Source of the DNA: Deltaproteobacteria bacterium
Lineage (GTDB): Bacteria; Myxococcota_A; Polyangia; Polyangiales; Houyiibacteriaceae
Direction: 5' to 3'
Length of the DNA: 64,000 nucleotides
Assembly (NCBI GenBank): GCA_034670305.1
Contig: JAXMNT010000013.1
Location: 1 to 64,000, forward strand
Translations under genes and position numbers: made by a program
Shown: piece by piece, positions 18,808-27,598 of the stretch
How the letters are laid out: every line of letters starts with the position of its first letter
Position numbering within the stretch: position 1 is the stretch's first letter
The notes under the pieces: generated by a model
Told to the model about the DNA's origin: nothing
Databases searched by the model: none
Seen by the model: the letters and a program-made list of their open reading frames with translations, nothing else

Positions 18808-20783
18808 TGTCGAGCGTGCGGGCCATCGCCCGCGCGCGACAGGTCGGAAGAGGGCGGGTCGTGTGGCCTGCCCTTTTTCACACCTGCCGTGCGTGGATCG
18901 TCGTCGGGCTCTGGGCCTGGAGCGTCGGGGTGAGCGCGCAGCCGGTGGCCGCGGAAGCCGAAGCCGAAGCCGAAGCCGACGCCGAAGCCGAAGCCGAAGC
19001 CGACGCCGAATCCGAAGCCGAAGCCGAAGCCGAAGCCGACGCCGAAGCCGAAGCCGTCACCGACGTGGACGGGCATCCGGAGATCGATGCGGCGATCGAT
19101 GCGGCCGGGGACGACTTTGACTTCTTCGCGGCCGCGGATGCGGCGATCGCGGACGAAGAAGACGAGTCGTTCTGGGACCGGATCACGTACACCGTCACCA
19201 GCACCACCGTCGCGCAGTACCGGCTCGACAACTTCAACTCGTTCTCGCACGACGACAACTACCTGACGCTCTGGGAGCGGCTCGAGGGCGCGGTGCAGGC
19301 GGATGGCCTGCGGCTCAGCGTGCGGCTCGATGGGGTCGCCGCGGTCTTCGAGGACCCCTGTCCCGAGGGGTTCCCCGACGACGACTGCGTGGGCAACGAC
19401 CTGCGGGTGGAGCGCTTCACCGCGCACTGGGAACACCAGGGCCTGAAGCTCGACGCGGTGGACAGCTACGCGGTGCTCGGGCGCGGCATCGCGCTCTCGA
19501 TGCGCCGGGTCGACATTCTCGGCGTCGACACCGCGCTGCGGGGCGGCCAAGCGGCGTACCAACACGAGGGCTTCTACATGAAGCTTCTCGGTGGCAACGC
19601 GAACCCGCAAAACCTCGATCCGCAGACGTTGACGCTCCGGCGCCAACCGGTCGACCGACCGCGCGGCGGGCTCTTCACCTCACCTGAGGTGCGCGACTGG
19701 ATCGTGGGCGGAGAAGCGGGGGTGCGGCTCGGGCCCCACCAAGAACTGGAAGTCGGGTTTCACGCGCTCAAGGTCTGGTTCGCCGACACCGGCGCTGGCG
19801 CCGTGCCGCAGAGTGTCGACGTGCAGGTCGGTGGGTTCCATCTGAGCGCACCCGCACTCATCGACGGCAAACTCATCCTCTATGGCGAGGTGAACATTGC
19901 GGAACGCTACGTCGATCGACTCAGCGATTTCGCGGAGGACGACCTGCGCTCCGGCTACGCGATCTACGGTTCCGCGCAGCTCCGGCTCGGCTCGCTCGCG
20001 GTCTTGCTCGAGTGGAAGGACTACTCCGACTACATGGTCGCGCAGAGCCCGACCACCGGCGAGGTGCACCGCATCTACAGCGCCGCGCCGACCCTGGAGC
20101 TGGACATGGAGCGGCCCCGCGCCCTCCACAACGCGCGCGGTGGCCGGCTGCAAGTCGACTACGGGTTTGCGCCGAGCGCGTGGAGCGCGAGTTTCAACGC
20201 GCTGGTCTACGCCCACGCGGAAGAAGAGGCGGGCGAGCTGCCGGACCCGTTCGACGGCATCCTCGTGACCCACGGCTACGCGCGCATTCAGAAGATCAAC
20301 GACACGGTCGGCGCCGGCAAGATCGGCTGGACCTTCGATCTCGTCCTCGGGGCTCGGCGCGAGACCGCGCTGCACGAAGGCGTGCTCTCGCCGGGCCAAG
20401 GCGAACTGGACTGGCGCGTCTACCACGGCCAGATCGACGCGGGCATCGTGATCGGCCAGCACTCGCTCGAGCTGACGATCATCCACCGCTCCGAACACAT
20501 GTACAGCGGTGGCCGCTACGTGGACTTCGTGCGCGGCACCAGCAGCTTGACCTGGAGCTACGCCGGCCGGTTCCGGCTGAGCCCCACCCTGAACTGGAAC
20601 ACCGAGAACTCGACCAACCCGAGCCTCTATCCGGGCGCCGAAGCGCGGGTCGATTTTCTCGAAGGCAGCTTCGTCCGGGTCTTTGGTGGCCGCACGCCCG
20701 GTGGCCGCGTGTGTAGCGGCGGGGTGTGTCGCGACGTACCACCTTTCGAAGGCCTGCTCGCCGAAGTCGTGCTTCGTCTCTGA
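18804..20783 (+). CDS. putative outer-membrane beta-barrel with C-terminal CxGGxCR motif (DUF6029-like)
   Basis: Alternating amphipathic beta strands; C-terminus GGRVCSGGVCRDVPPFEG...VLRL; poly-EA stretch after the signal region. Family name recalled, not searched; start uncertain. Confidence 0.7.
   Translation: MMSSVRAIARARQVGRGRVVWPALFHTCRAWIVVGLWAWSVGVSAQPVAAEAEAEAEADAEAEAEADAESEAEAEAEADAEAEAVTDVDGHPEIDAAIDAAGDDFDFFAAADAAIADEEDESFWDRITYTVTSTTVAQYRLDNFNSFSHDDNYLTLWERLEGAVQADGLRLSVRLDGVAAVFEDPCPEGFPDDDCVGNDLRVERFTAHWEHQGLKLDAVDSYAVLGRGIALSMRRVDILGVDTALRGGQAAYQHEGFYMKLLGGNANPQNLDPQTLTLRRQPVDRPRGGLFTSPEVRDWIVGGEAGVRLGPHQELEVGFHALKVWFADTGAGAVPQSVDVQVGGFHLSAPALIDGKLILYGEVNIAERYVDRLSDFAEDDLRSGYAIYGSAQLRLGSLAVLLEWKDYSDYMVAQSPTTGEVHRIYSAAPTLELDMERPRALHNARGGRLQVDYGFAPSAWSASFNALVYAHAEEEAGELPDPFDGILVTHGYARIQKINDTVGAGKIGWTFDLVLGARRETALHEGVLSPGQGELDWRVYHGQIDAGIVIGQHSLELTIIHRSEHMYSGGRYVDFVRGTSSLTWSYAGRFRLSPTLNWNTENSTNPSLYPGAEARVDFLEGSFVRVFGGRTPGGRVCSGGVCRDVPPFEGLLAEVVLRL
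18954..19055. repeat. (GAAGCC)n hexamer array encoding poly-(Glu-Ala)
   Basis: 17 hexamers gaagcc/gacgcc/gaatcc in frame. Confidence 0.92.
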
Positions 20784-20855
20784 ACCCTGATCGAACTCCG
20801 CGTTGAACAAGTGTTCGACCTGCCCCGTCTCTACCGCGTCACCCTCTGGATCCCC

Positions 20856-21389
20856 ATGCGCAGCTTGTACAAACTCCTCTCCACCGTCGCCCTCGCCTGC
20901 CTCTGCGCCACCGTCGTGGTGCCGCCGAACGCCGAAGCCCGCGTGGGCGCCAGGCCGCCCGCATTCAGCCTGCCCTCGATCCCAGGTGGACCGGTGCCCG
21001 GCACCTTTCGACTCGGAGAGCACCTCGGCAACAGCCCAGTGGTCATCATCTTCTGGGCGAGCTGGTGCGACCCCTGCAAACAGCAGATGCCGATCTACCA
21101 AGCCTTGTACGAGCAGTACCGCGAACAGGGCCTGAAGGTCGTCGCGATCAGCATGGACGGCCCGGAGTCCGTTGCCCGCACCGGTCCCATCACGTCCCGC
21201 CTCGGACTGACCTACCCGGTCGTGAGCGACCTCGACACCTCGGTGACCGCCCGGCTGAACCCCCGACGCGGCGCGCCGTTCACGGTGTGGATCGATCGCA
21301 GTGGCCGCATCGTCTACGAACGCGAAGGCTTCACGCTCGCCGAGGGCGACGACATCCGACGCGGCATCGGCGCGCTGATGCGCCGCTGA
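20856..21389 (+). CDS. TlpA-family protein disulfide reductase
   Basis: Signal peptide, FWASWCDPC, cis-Pro motif APFTVWID; alternative GTG start at 20811. Confidence 0.92.
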   Translation: MRSLYKLLSTVALACLCATVVVPPNAEARVGARPPAFSLPSIPGGPVPGTFRLGEHLGNSPVVIIFWASWCDPCKQQMPIYQALYEQYREQGLKVVAISMDGPESVARTGPITSRLGLTYPVVSDLDTSVTARLNPRRGAPFTVWIDRSGRIVYEREGFTLAEGDDIRRGIGALMRR

Positions 21390-21486
21390 CGGCGGCCTCG
21401 AACCCATCCCGGGACCTTCGGTTGGCCTCGTCGTCACCTATTCGACGGCCAAAGCACCCGCGGGCACACCGAGCTACCCTCGGTCC

Positions 21487-22371
21487 ATGACCGAACCGGC
21501 AGAGGATTCGAAACCGCCATCGCGGCTCTCGACTGAGCTCGGCCACGGGCCGCTGCGCAGCGAACACGAACGGCTGCTTCGGACCGCGTTGCGGCGCGGC
21601 GACAAAGATCCCGAGGGCGCGCTCGCGGCCGGGTCCCTCGAAGGCACCTACGACGAGGGCGCGCTGCGCATCGCACGCAACACGTGGAGCGCCCGCATGG
21701 TCCACGAGCACCACAGCGCCGCCGTGTTCAGCCGGCTCTTGCCCCAGCTGATTGCGGCCGGGGCCACGCTCGAGTTCAAGACCTGCGTGCTCCGCATGTC
21801 CATGGACGAGTTGCGGCACGCGGCTTTGTGCGCCGGGGTTTCGAAGCTGCTCGGGGGCGACGGCACCGCCACGGCCGACCTGCGCACCGATTCCCTGCCC
21901 ACCCACGACGACGCGACCCCGCTCGAGGCCGCGCTTCGCAACGTGATGTTCGTGGGGTGCCTGAGCGAGACGGTCTCGGTCTCACTGCTCACCGAGGAGC
22001 GCGAGCTGACGAGCGAACCGGTGATCCAGCGGGTGGTGGATCAGCTCGCGAGCGACGAGGTGCTCCACGCCAAGCTCGGTTGGTCGTTCCTGGCGGACAC
22101 CTGGCCACGGCTCGACGACGAAGCCCGCGCGCGTACCAACGCGTACCTGCCCATCGCGCTGGGTTTCCTAGAAACGAAGATGTGGGCCGCGATGCCACTT
22201 GGCCCAGTGCCACCGGAGCCGATTCGAGCCCAACTGGAAGCGCTCGGATGCCTCGACCCAAGGGACGCGCGCGAACTCTTCGCCGCGACGGTGGAAGAGG
22301 TGATCGTACCGCGGCTCGTGGACCACGGGCTCGATGCGCGACGCGCCTGGACGGAGCGACAGCGCGGGTAG
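21487..22371 (+). CDS. ferritin-like (diiron four-helix) domain protein
   Basis: W...EHHSAAVF, DELRH, SETVS, DEVLH: paired E / ExxH carboxylate-His ligands. Confidence 0.82.
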   Translation: MTEPAEDSKPPSRLSTELGHGPLRSEHERLLRTALRRGDKDPEGALAAGSLEGTYDEGALRIARNTWSARMVHEHHSAAVFSRLLPQLIAAGATLEFKTCVLRMSMDELRHAALCAGVSKLLGGDGTATADLRTDSLPTHDDATPLEAALRNVMFVGCLSETVSVSLLTEERELTSEPVIQRVVDQLASDEVLHAKLGWSFLADTWPRLDDEARARTNAYLPIALGFLETKMWAAMPLGPVPPEPIRAQLEALGCLDPRDARELFAATVEEVIVPRLVDHGLDARRAWTERQRG

Positions 22372-22418
22372 AGACGCGGGACGGACGTCAGCGTCTCAGG
22401 TCATCTTCTCAGGCGGTC

Positions 22419-22715
22419 TCAGGCGGTCATCGACGGCGGCACGAACGGGCCCGGTACCGCGACGTAGCAGCGGCCTTCTTCGGCATCCCAGTACCCGCCG
22501 GGTTCGAGTTCGCAGCACGCCTGGTTGGGCGGAGGATCGGGACAGACTTCGTGGCCACCATCGGTGCCGCTGTCCGCGACCAGCGCGTCGCTCATCCCAG
22601 CGTCCGTGTGAACCTCTTGGCTGCTGCCGCAGCCGCCGGTGGCGGCCATAGAGAAGCCAAGGGTCACGACCTGGGCTGCACGGAGGGCTCTGCGTCTTGC
22701 GGTCTTGCGGTCCAT
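22419..22715 (-). CDS. small (98 aa) secreted/lipoprotein-like peptide with Cys-rich core and GPFVPP tail
   Basis: MDRKTARRRALRAAQVVTLGFSMAATGGC...CPDPPPNQACCELEPGGYWDAEEGRCYVAVPGPFVPPSMTA; DAG/DSG linker like the other lipoproteins here. Confidence 0.75.
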   Translation of the reverse strand: MDRKTARRRALRAAQVVTLGFSMAATGGCGSSQEVHTDAGMSDALVADSGTDGGHEVCPDPPPNQACCELEPGGYWDAEEGRCYVAVPGPFVPPSMTA

Positions 22716-22858
22716 GGTCGGAGTGTAGAGCAAGTTCCGTGCTGAGCGCCAAGTCGTAGATCCTTGGGGTTTTGGCAGACTCCGGCTGTGCCACCACGTG
22801 CCAGTGCGCCGAGCGAACGGCGGCGGGCGCACGGTCCGCAAATGCGCCAGGGTGGCGG

Positions 22859-23761
22859 ATGAACGAAGGTGTCTTCCGCATTCTCCGCGCGCTCCAGGAC
22901 GGCGCGGTCCATCCCCGGACCCAAGTCATCCGGGCCTCGGGCGAATCGCACTCGGTGCTCGCAGCGCTGGAGCTCGACAAGGGCAAGTGGTTCGAGCGAC
23001 GTGGACCCGACGTGCAGTTGACCGAAGCCGGTCAGAAAGCCCACGCGTACGAAGCCGACGCGCGCACGCCGAAGATGACGCTCGCGCAGCTGTGCGACGC
23101 CATGCGCGAGAAGAGCCGCGGCCGTCCGGGTCCCAAACGCGAACTCGACCAGGTCCACGCCACCCTCGAGACCACCGCCAAACGGGCGATGCACCTGATG
23201 CGACACGGCGAGACCCAGCGCGGACTCTTGTTTCTCGGCGACGACGATCTGACCTCGCTCGCGGTGGCCCTGCTGCTCGATCAGACCGACGCGGAGCGCA
23301 AAGTGCGGGTGCTGGATCTGGACCCGGAGCTGATCGGGTTCCTCGGAGCGCATCCACGCATCGACGCCCAGGTGCACGACGTGCGCGAACCGCTGCCCCG
23401 CGCGCTCCACGGCAAGTCCGGCTGCGTGTTCACCGACCCCCCCTACGCGCCCGCGGGGTTTGCGCTCTTCATCAGCCGCGCCGCCACCGCCCTCAAAGAC
23501 GATGGCCGACTCTACGTCTCGTTCGGCCAGAGCCGGCGCGCGTCCGAGCGTGGCCTCGCCAAGCAACGCTTGCTCGCCGACCTCGGGGTGCTGGTCGAAC
23601 ACGTCTACACCGAGTTCAACGAATACGAAGGCGCGGAGTCGATCGGATCGCGCAGCGCGCTCTGGGTCGCACGCCGCACGCCCCAGACGAAGCCGCTCAC
23701 GCTCGACCCAGAAGCCCCGCTCTACACGCGGGATGCACCCGCCGAAACGACCACCGACTGA
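22859..23761 (+). CDS. bpsA: BpsA-like N4-bis(aminopropyl)spermidine synthase family (DUF43)
   Basis: ELDQ..AT.ET, LFLGDDDLTSLA, LDLD.ELI, HDVREPLP, FTDPPY, LFISR, FNEY.GA. Start re-called at ATG 22859. Confidence 0.78.
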   Translation: MNEGVFRILRALQDGAVHPRTQVIRASGESHSVLAALELDKGKWFERRGPDVQLTEAGQKAHAYEADARTPKMTLAQLCDAMREKSRGRPGPKRELDQVHATLETTAKRAMHLMRHGETQRGLLFLGDDDLTSLAVALLLDQTDAERKVRVLDLDPELIGFLGAHPRIDAQVHDVREPLPRALHGKSGCVFTDPPYAPAGFALFISRAATALKDDGRLYVSFGQSRRASERGLAKQRLLADLGVLVEHVYTEFNEYEGAESIGSRSALWVARRTPQTKPLTLDPEAPLYTRDAPAETTTD

Positions 23762-23829
23762 CCCCGCTCGTGGGCCCGCGGACCGATGCTTCTTTTGTTG
23801 GGCGGCGGGGTGAGATACGGTCCGGCGCG

Positions 23830-25137
23830 ATGCGAAGGCTGTTCGCAATTGGAGTGACCCTGCTCGCGTCTGCGTCCATCGCGCAGGCGTCGCCACCGGA
23901 TGTGTTTGGCTACGGCCCGCACACCCAGGCGATGGGGAACACCGGCGTGGCCTACTCGAGCAACTACGAGGCGGCCTTCCACAACCCAGCCGGCCTCGCA
24001 GCCGCCGAACACGGTGGCTTCACCCTCGGGCTCCAGGGCGGCAGCTTCAACCTGGAGCTCGACGAAGAGAACTACCCGATCGACGGGTACCAGGGCACGA
24101 CCCTCGGCTTCCACATCCCGCTCCCCTTCGGCGGAGTGCTCGAGGACACGCTCGTCATCGCCGCGGCGTTCTACACGCCCATCGCCACGGTGCTGCGCAC
24201 CGACATCATCTTCCCCGAAGTGCCCAACTACGTGCTGCTCGGCCGCACCCAGTCGGTGCACGTGATGCTTGGACTCGGCATCAACCTCGACCGCCTCGTG
24301 AAGGGGCTGCGCATCGGCATCGGGGCGACCATCCTGGCCAACATCGGCGGCCAGTTGCTGGTGGGACTCGACGAAGCCAACCAGTTCTTCTCGCAAACCG
24401 AGACCCAGCTGCTCGCCGGGTTTCACCCGAGCGTAGGCGTGCAGTACGACGCAACCGATGAGCTGACGTTCGGGCTCGTGTACCGGTCGAAGGTCCAGTC
24501 GGACATCGAGATCGTCATCCGGAGCCGCGATCTTCTGCCAGATGGGCTCGAACTGCCGACCATCACGATCACCGCCACCCCGCAGTACGATCCCCACACC
24601 CTCGCGTTCGAAGGCGCGTGGAGCCCCGGCGATCACTGGCTCTTCAGTCTGCAAGCCCAGTGGCGGCGCTGGTCCGCCTTCGAAGGGGTCGTCGGTCGCA
24701 GCACCGCCAACAGCAACCTTCCCCCGCACCCCGGCTTCCGCGACACGATCACCCCGCGCCTCGGCGTCGAGTACTCCGCGACGCGGCGTCAAACGACCGC
24801 CAGCCTCCGGGCGGGATACGCCTTCGAGCCGACCCCCACCCGGCCCGCGCGAGAAGCACCGCTGCGCGACTTCGAGGGGAACAACATCGTCGGGCCCGGC
24901 GACCGGCTCACCCTGCGACCGCTCCGATACATCGACAACCACCGGCACCTGATGAGCGCCGGCATCGGCATTCGCTGGGAGACCAGCACCGGCGCAGCCA
25001 TCGAGCTCGACACGTTCGCGCAAGTGCACGTGCTGCAGAAGCGCGACCACGACATTCCTCAGGTCGGGTCCATGGATCCCATGGTCTCGAACGGCTGGAT
25101 CGCCATCGGCGGTTGGTCTCTGGTGTTCGAATGGTGA
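23830..25137 (+). CDS. FadL/OmpP1-like outer-membrane transporter
   Basis: Signal peptide, G.G....AMG, NPAGL hatch motif, beta strands, RAGYAFEP, terminal W. Confidence 0.82.
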   Translation: MRRLFAIGVTLLASASIAQASPPDVFGYGPHTQAMGNTGVAYSSNYEAAFHNPAGLAAAEHGGFTLGLQGGSFNLELDEENYPIDGYQGTTLGFHIPLPFGGVLEDTLVIAAAFYTPIATVLRTDIIFPEVPNYVLLGRTQSVHVMLGLGINLDRLVKGLRIGIGATILANIGGQLLVGLDEANQFFSQTETQLLAGFHPSVGVQYDATDELTFGLVYRSKVQSDIEIVIRSRDLLPDGLELPTITITATPQYDPHTLAFEGAWSPGDHWLFSLQAQWRRWSAFEGVVGRSTANSNLPPHPGFRDTITPRLGVEYSATRRQTTASLRAGYAFEPTPTRPAREAPLRDFEGNNIVGPGDRLTLRPLRYIDNHRHLMSAGIGIRWETSTGAAIELDTFAQVHVLQKRDHDIPQVGSMDPMVSNGWIAIGGWSLVFEW

Positions 25138-26465
25138 ACCGAAACACATTCGTTGCATTGGGGGCCCTGCTCGCGTTCGCGTTCGCGACGCCTCCCACGG
25201 CGCATGCGACACCGCCCGACACCTACGGCTTCGGCAACCGCTCGACGGCGCTCGCCGGTGCGGTCGGCGCCGATGTGAACGACGGCTCGTCGAACTACCA
25301 CAACCCCGCGGGGCTCGCGATGAGCCGCGGCCTGCACATCGACATCGACTACATCTCGTCGAGCCCCAACTTCGAGATCAACGGCGAGCGGTCCAGCGTG
25401 GAGCGTTTCGGCGCGCTGCAACTCGGACTCGTCGTACCGGTCCAAATCGAAGGCGTCACGTTCGCCTTCGGGCTCGGGCTCGTGTTGCCCGACCAGCGGC
25501 TCGCCCGCACGCGGTCGACGATCGTGGAGCGTCCGCGGTGGGAGCTCTTCGACACCCGGAGCCACCGCGTCTTCTTGGCGTCGCATCTCGCGTTCAGCCC
25601 CGTCGACTGGCTCAGCTTGGGCATCGGCATCGCGTTCCAGGCGCCGTCCGAGCTGACGCTCGACATCCGCGGCGATCTCTCGCTGACCGACCCGGAGGGG
25701 GCGTCGCGCCTCGAACACCAGTTCAAGGGCGACCTGACCTCCATCCGTTACTTCCAAGCGGGCCTCCAGCTGCACCCGCACGAGATGTTCTCGTTCGGCG
25801 TCACCTACCGGGGCGAGTACACGCTGGCCAACCGCATCATCGCCACCGCGGATGTGCGGGTCGCGCGCATCGCGGACCTGATCTTCTCGCTCGACACGTT
25901 CTCTACGAGCCTCTTTGGGCCACAGCAGATCTCGATCAGCACCGCGTTCCGCCCGACCGATCGTCTGCGCATCGGACTCGAACTCACTTGGTTCGACTGG
26001 TCGAAACACCCGAGCTTGATCCCCACCGAACAGATCATTCTCACGCTCGACCCGGCCATCGTCGAAGTCCCCGGCGAGATCGGGGGCCGCAGCGCGATCG
26101 ACCTCGAACTGCACGACACCTTCGTGCCGCGCATCGGCATCGAGTACACGGCCGTGAAGACCGAGGCGATCGAACTCGACCTGCGGGTCGGCTATGTCTA
26201 CGAGAACTCGCCCTTCCCGACCCAGCGCGGCATCACCAACTTCGTGGACGCCGACCGACATACGACCACGCTCGGCTTCGGCATCCGGTTCACCGATCTC
26301 GAACCGACGCTGCCGGGCCACATCGGCTTCGACGCCTACTTCCTCTACTCGCAGCTGGTCGAACGCACCCACGAGAAGGACTCGCTCGTGGACGCCGTCG
26401 GCGACTACGTGGCCGGTGGGCGCATCTTCGGGGCCGGGGTCGGCGTGGAGATCTCGTTCGAATGA
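25131..26465 (+). CDS. FadL/OmpP1-like outer-membrane transporter (second copy)
   Basis: Signal peptide, G.G.RS.ALAGA, NPAGL, LRVGY.YE.SP, NFVD.DRH. Confidence 0.82.
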   Translation: MVNRNTFVALGALLAFAFATPPTAHATPPDTYGFGNRSTALAGAVGADVNDGSSNYHNPAGLAMSRGLHIDIDYISSSPNFEINGERSSVERFGALQLGLVVPVQIEGVTFAFGLGLVLPDQRLARTRSTIVERPRWELFDTRSHRVFLASHLAFSPVDWLSLGIGIAFQAPSELTLDIRGDLSLTDPEGASRLEHQFKGDLTSIRYFQAGLQLHPHEMFSFGVTYRGEYTLANRIIATADVRVARIADLIFSLDTFSTSLFGPQQISISTAFRPTDRLRIGLELTWFDWSKHPSLIPTEQIILTLDPAIVEVPGEIGGRSAIDLELHDTFVPRIGIEYTAVKTEAIELDLRVGYVYENSPFPTQRGITNFVDADRHTTTLGFGIRFTDLEPTLPGHIGFDAYFLYSQLVERTHEKDSLVDAVGDYVAGGRIFGAGVGVEISFE

Positions 26466-27529
26466 CTGCGGTTCGAACCACCGGGGGCCTTTGGCGGCAG
26501 GGCGCATGGGCGCTGCAGTGCGCGCTCGTTATGAGTTGCGCGACGCTCGGCGCCGACGCGGACTTCCCCGACCCGGTGCAGACCAGCGGCGTCGGCCCGT
26601 TTCGATTGCTCGACGCGGTCGAGACGGGGCTCGAGGGCGAGCCGCTCGGCCGGGTGATGGACGCGACCGGCGCGACCGGCGGCGGCATGTTCGTCGAGGG
26701 GTTCGTATTCCACGTGCACGCCGAACCCTTGGCCGCACCGCCCGAACGGGACCCCGCGCTCGCAGCCTACGAGGTCGACTGGGCGCGCTTCGAACCGCGC
26801 ACCATCCGCCGAAGTGCCGCGAACGCGAACACGTTTGGGGCGGCGACCGGCGAGGTCGTGTTGCAAGCCTCCGAGGCCTGGGAAGGCGACGCGGTGTTCG
26901 ACCCCTGGGCGGTCGTGCTCGCCGACGGAACCCACCGGGTCTACTACGCCGCCGAGGGCGGCCTCGGGATCGCAGAAGGACCGGCCGGCGGTGCGCTGAC
27001 GAAGGTCGCCGGACCCATTGCGGGTCCCGTGGCCGGCGCACGTTCGCCCAGCGTCGTCGTCGCGGACGACGGTTCGTTCCTCCTCTTCTACGAGGCCGCG
27101 GGCGTGCTGCGTTCGATGAGCTCCAGCGACGGGCTCGCGTTCAGCGAAGATGCAGCCGTGCCGCTCATGGACCCCGAGACCCCGTTTGAAGCGGGCGAGG
27201 TCAGCCACCATCGGCCGGGCGCCGTCTACGCGACCATGCCCTCGGGTCGCCGGGTGCTGCGGGTGTACTTCGAGGTCCGGCTCGACGACGACACCCAGTT
27301 GGTGACGGTGGCCGCGGCGGCGGCGGACGACCTCACACGTTTCGAACGACTCAGCGACGCGGTCTGGCCGGGCGACGAGTTCGGCGGCGCACCGATGCCG
27401 TTCCTCGACGACGAAGGGCGCACCCGGCTCTACTTCACGCTGTCGACCGTGGACCCGGACGAGGAACCGACCCGCACCTTCGTCGTGGGTCTCGCGCCCG
27501 CGTTCGAACGCCTCGTCCCGCTGCCGTGA
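26462..27529 (+). CDS. lipoprotein with five-bladed beta-propeller (glycoside hydrolase-like) repeats
   Basis: VMSC lipobox-like site; repeated blades (DPWAV...YY, SPSVV...LFY...SSDG..F, PGAV...YF, P.PF...LYF). Confidence 0.6.
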   Translation: MTAVRTTGGLWRQGAWALQCALVMSCATLGADADFPDPVQTSGVGPFRLLDAVETGLEGEPLGRVMDATGATGGGMFVEGFVFHVHAEPLAAPPERDPALAAYEVDWARFEPRTIRRSAANANTFGAATGEVVLQASEAWEGDAVFDPWAVVLADGTHRVYYAAEGGLGIAEGPAGGALTKVAGPIAGPVAGARSPSVVVADDGSFLLFYEAAGVLRSMSSSDGLAFSEDAAVPLMDPETPFEAGEVSHHRPGAVYATMPSGRRVLRVYFEVRLDDDTQLVTVAAAAADDLTRFERLSDAVWPGDEFGGAPMPFLDDEGRTRLYFTLSTVDPDEEPTRTFVVGLAPAFERLVPLP

Positions 27530-27578
27530 ACCCGTGCGCCTTGAGCCCGTGCGCTTTCAACCCGTGCGCTTTCAACCC
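27527..27578. repeat. 15-bp imperfect tandem repeat, 3.5 copies
   Basis: tgaacccgtgcgcct / tgagcccgtgcgctt / tcaacccgtgcgctt / tcaaccc, beginning at the stop codon. Confidence 0.85.
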
Positions 27579-27598
27579 AGGGCTGTGAGCCGGGTGCT

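Noticed and set aside
18163-21389. Selenocysteine (TGA) read-through in the redox operon
   Set aside because: Both thioredoxins have complete CxxC motifs, and their TGA stops fall after complete domains.
22798-23829. N-terminal part of the 779-aa ORF, suggesting a fusion to FadL
   Set aside because: Off-frame overlap with the BpsA-like gene; the FadL signal peptide starts at 23830. The same applies to the extended ORFs at 15950, 24618, 25538, 29415 and 52720.
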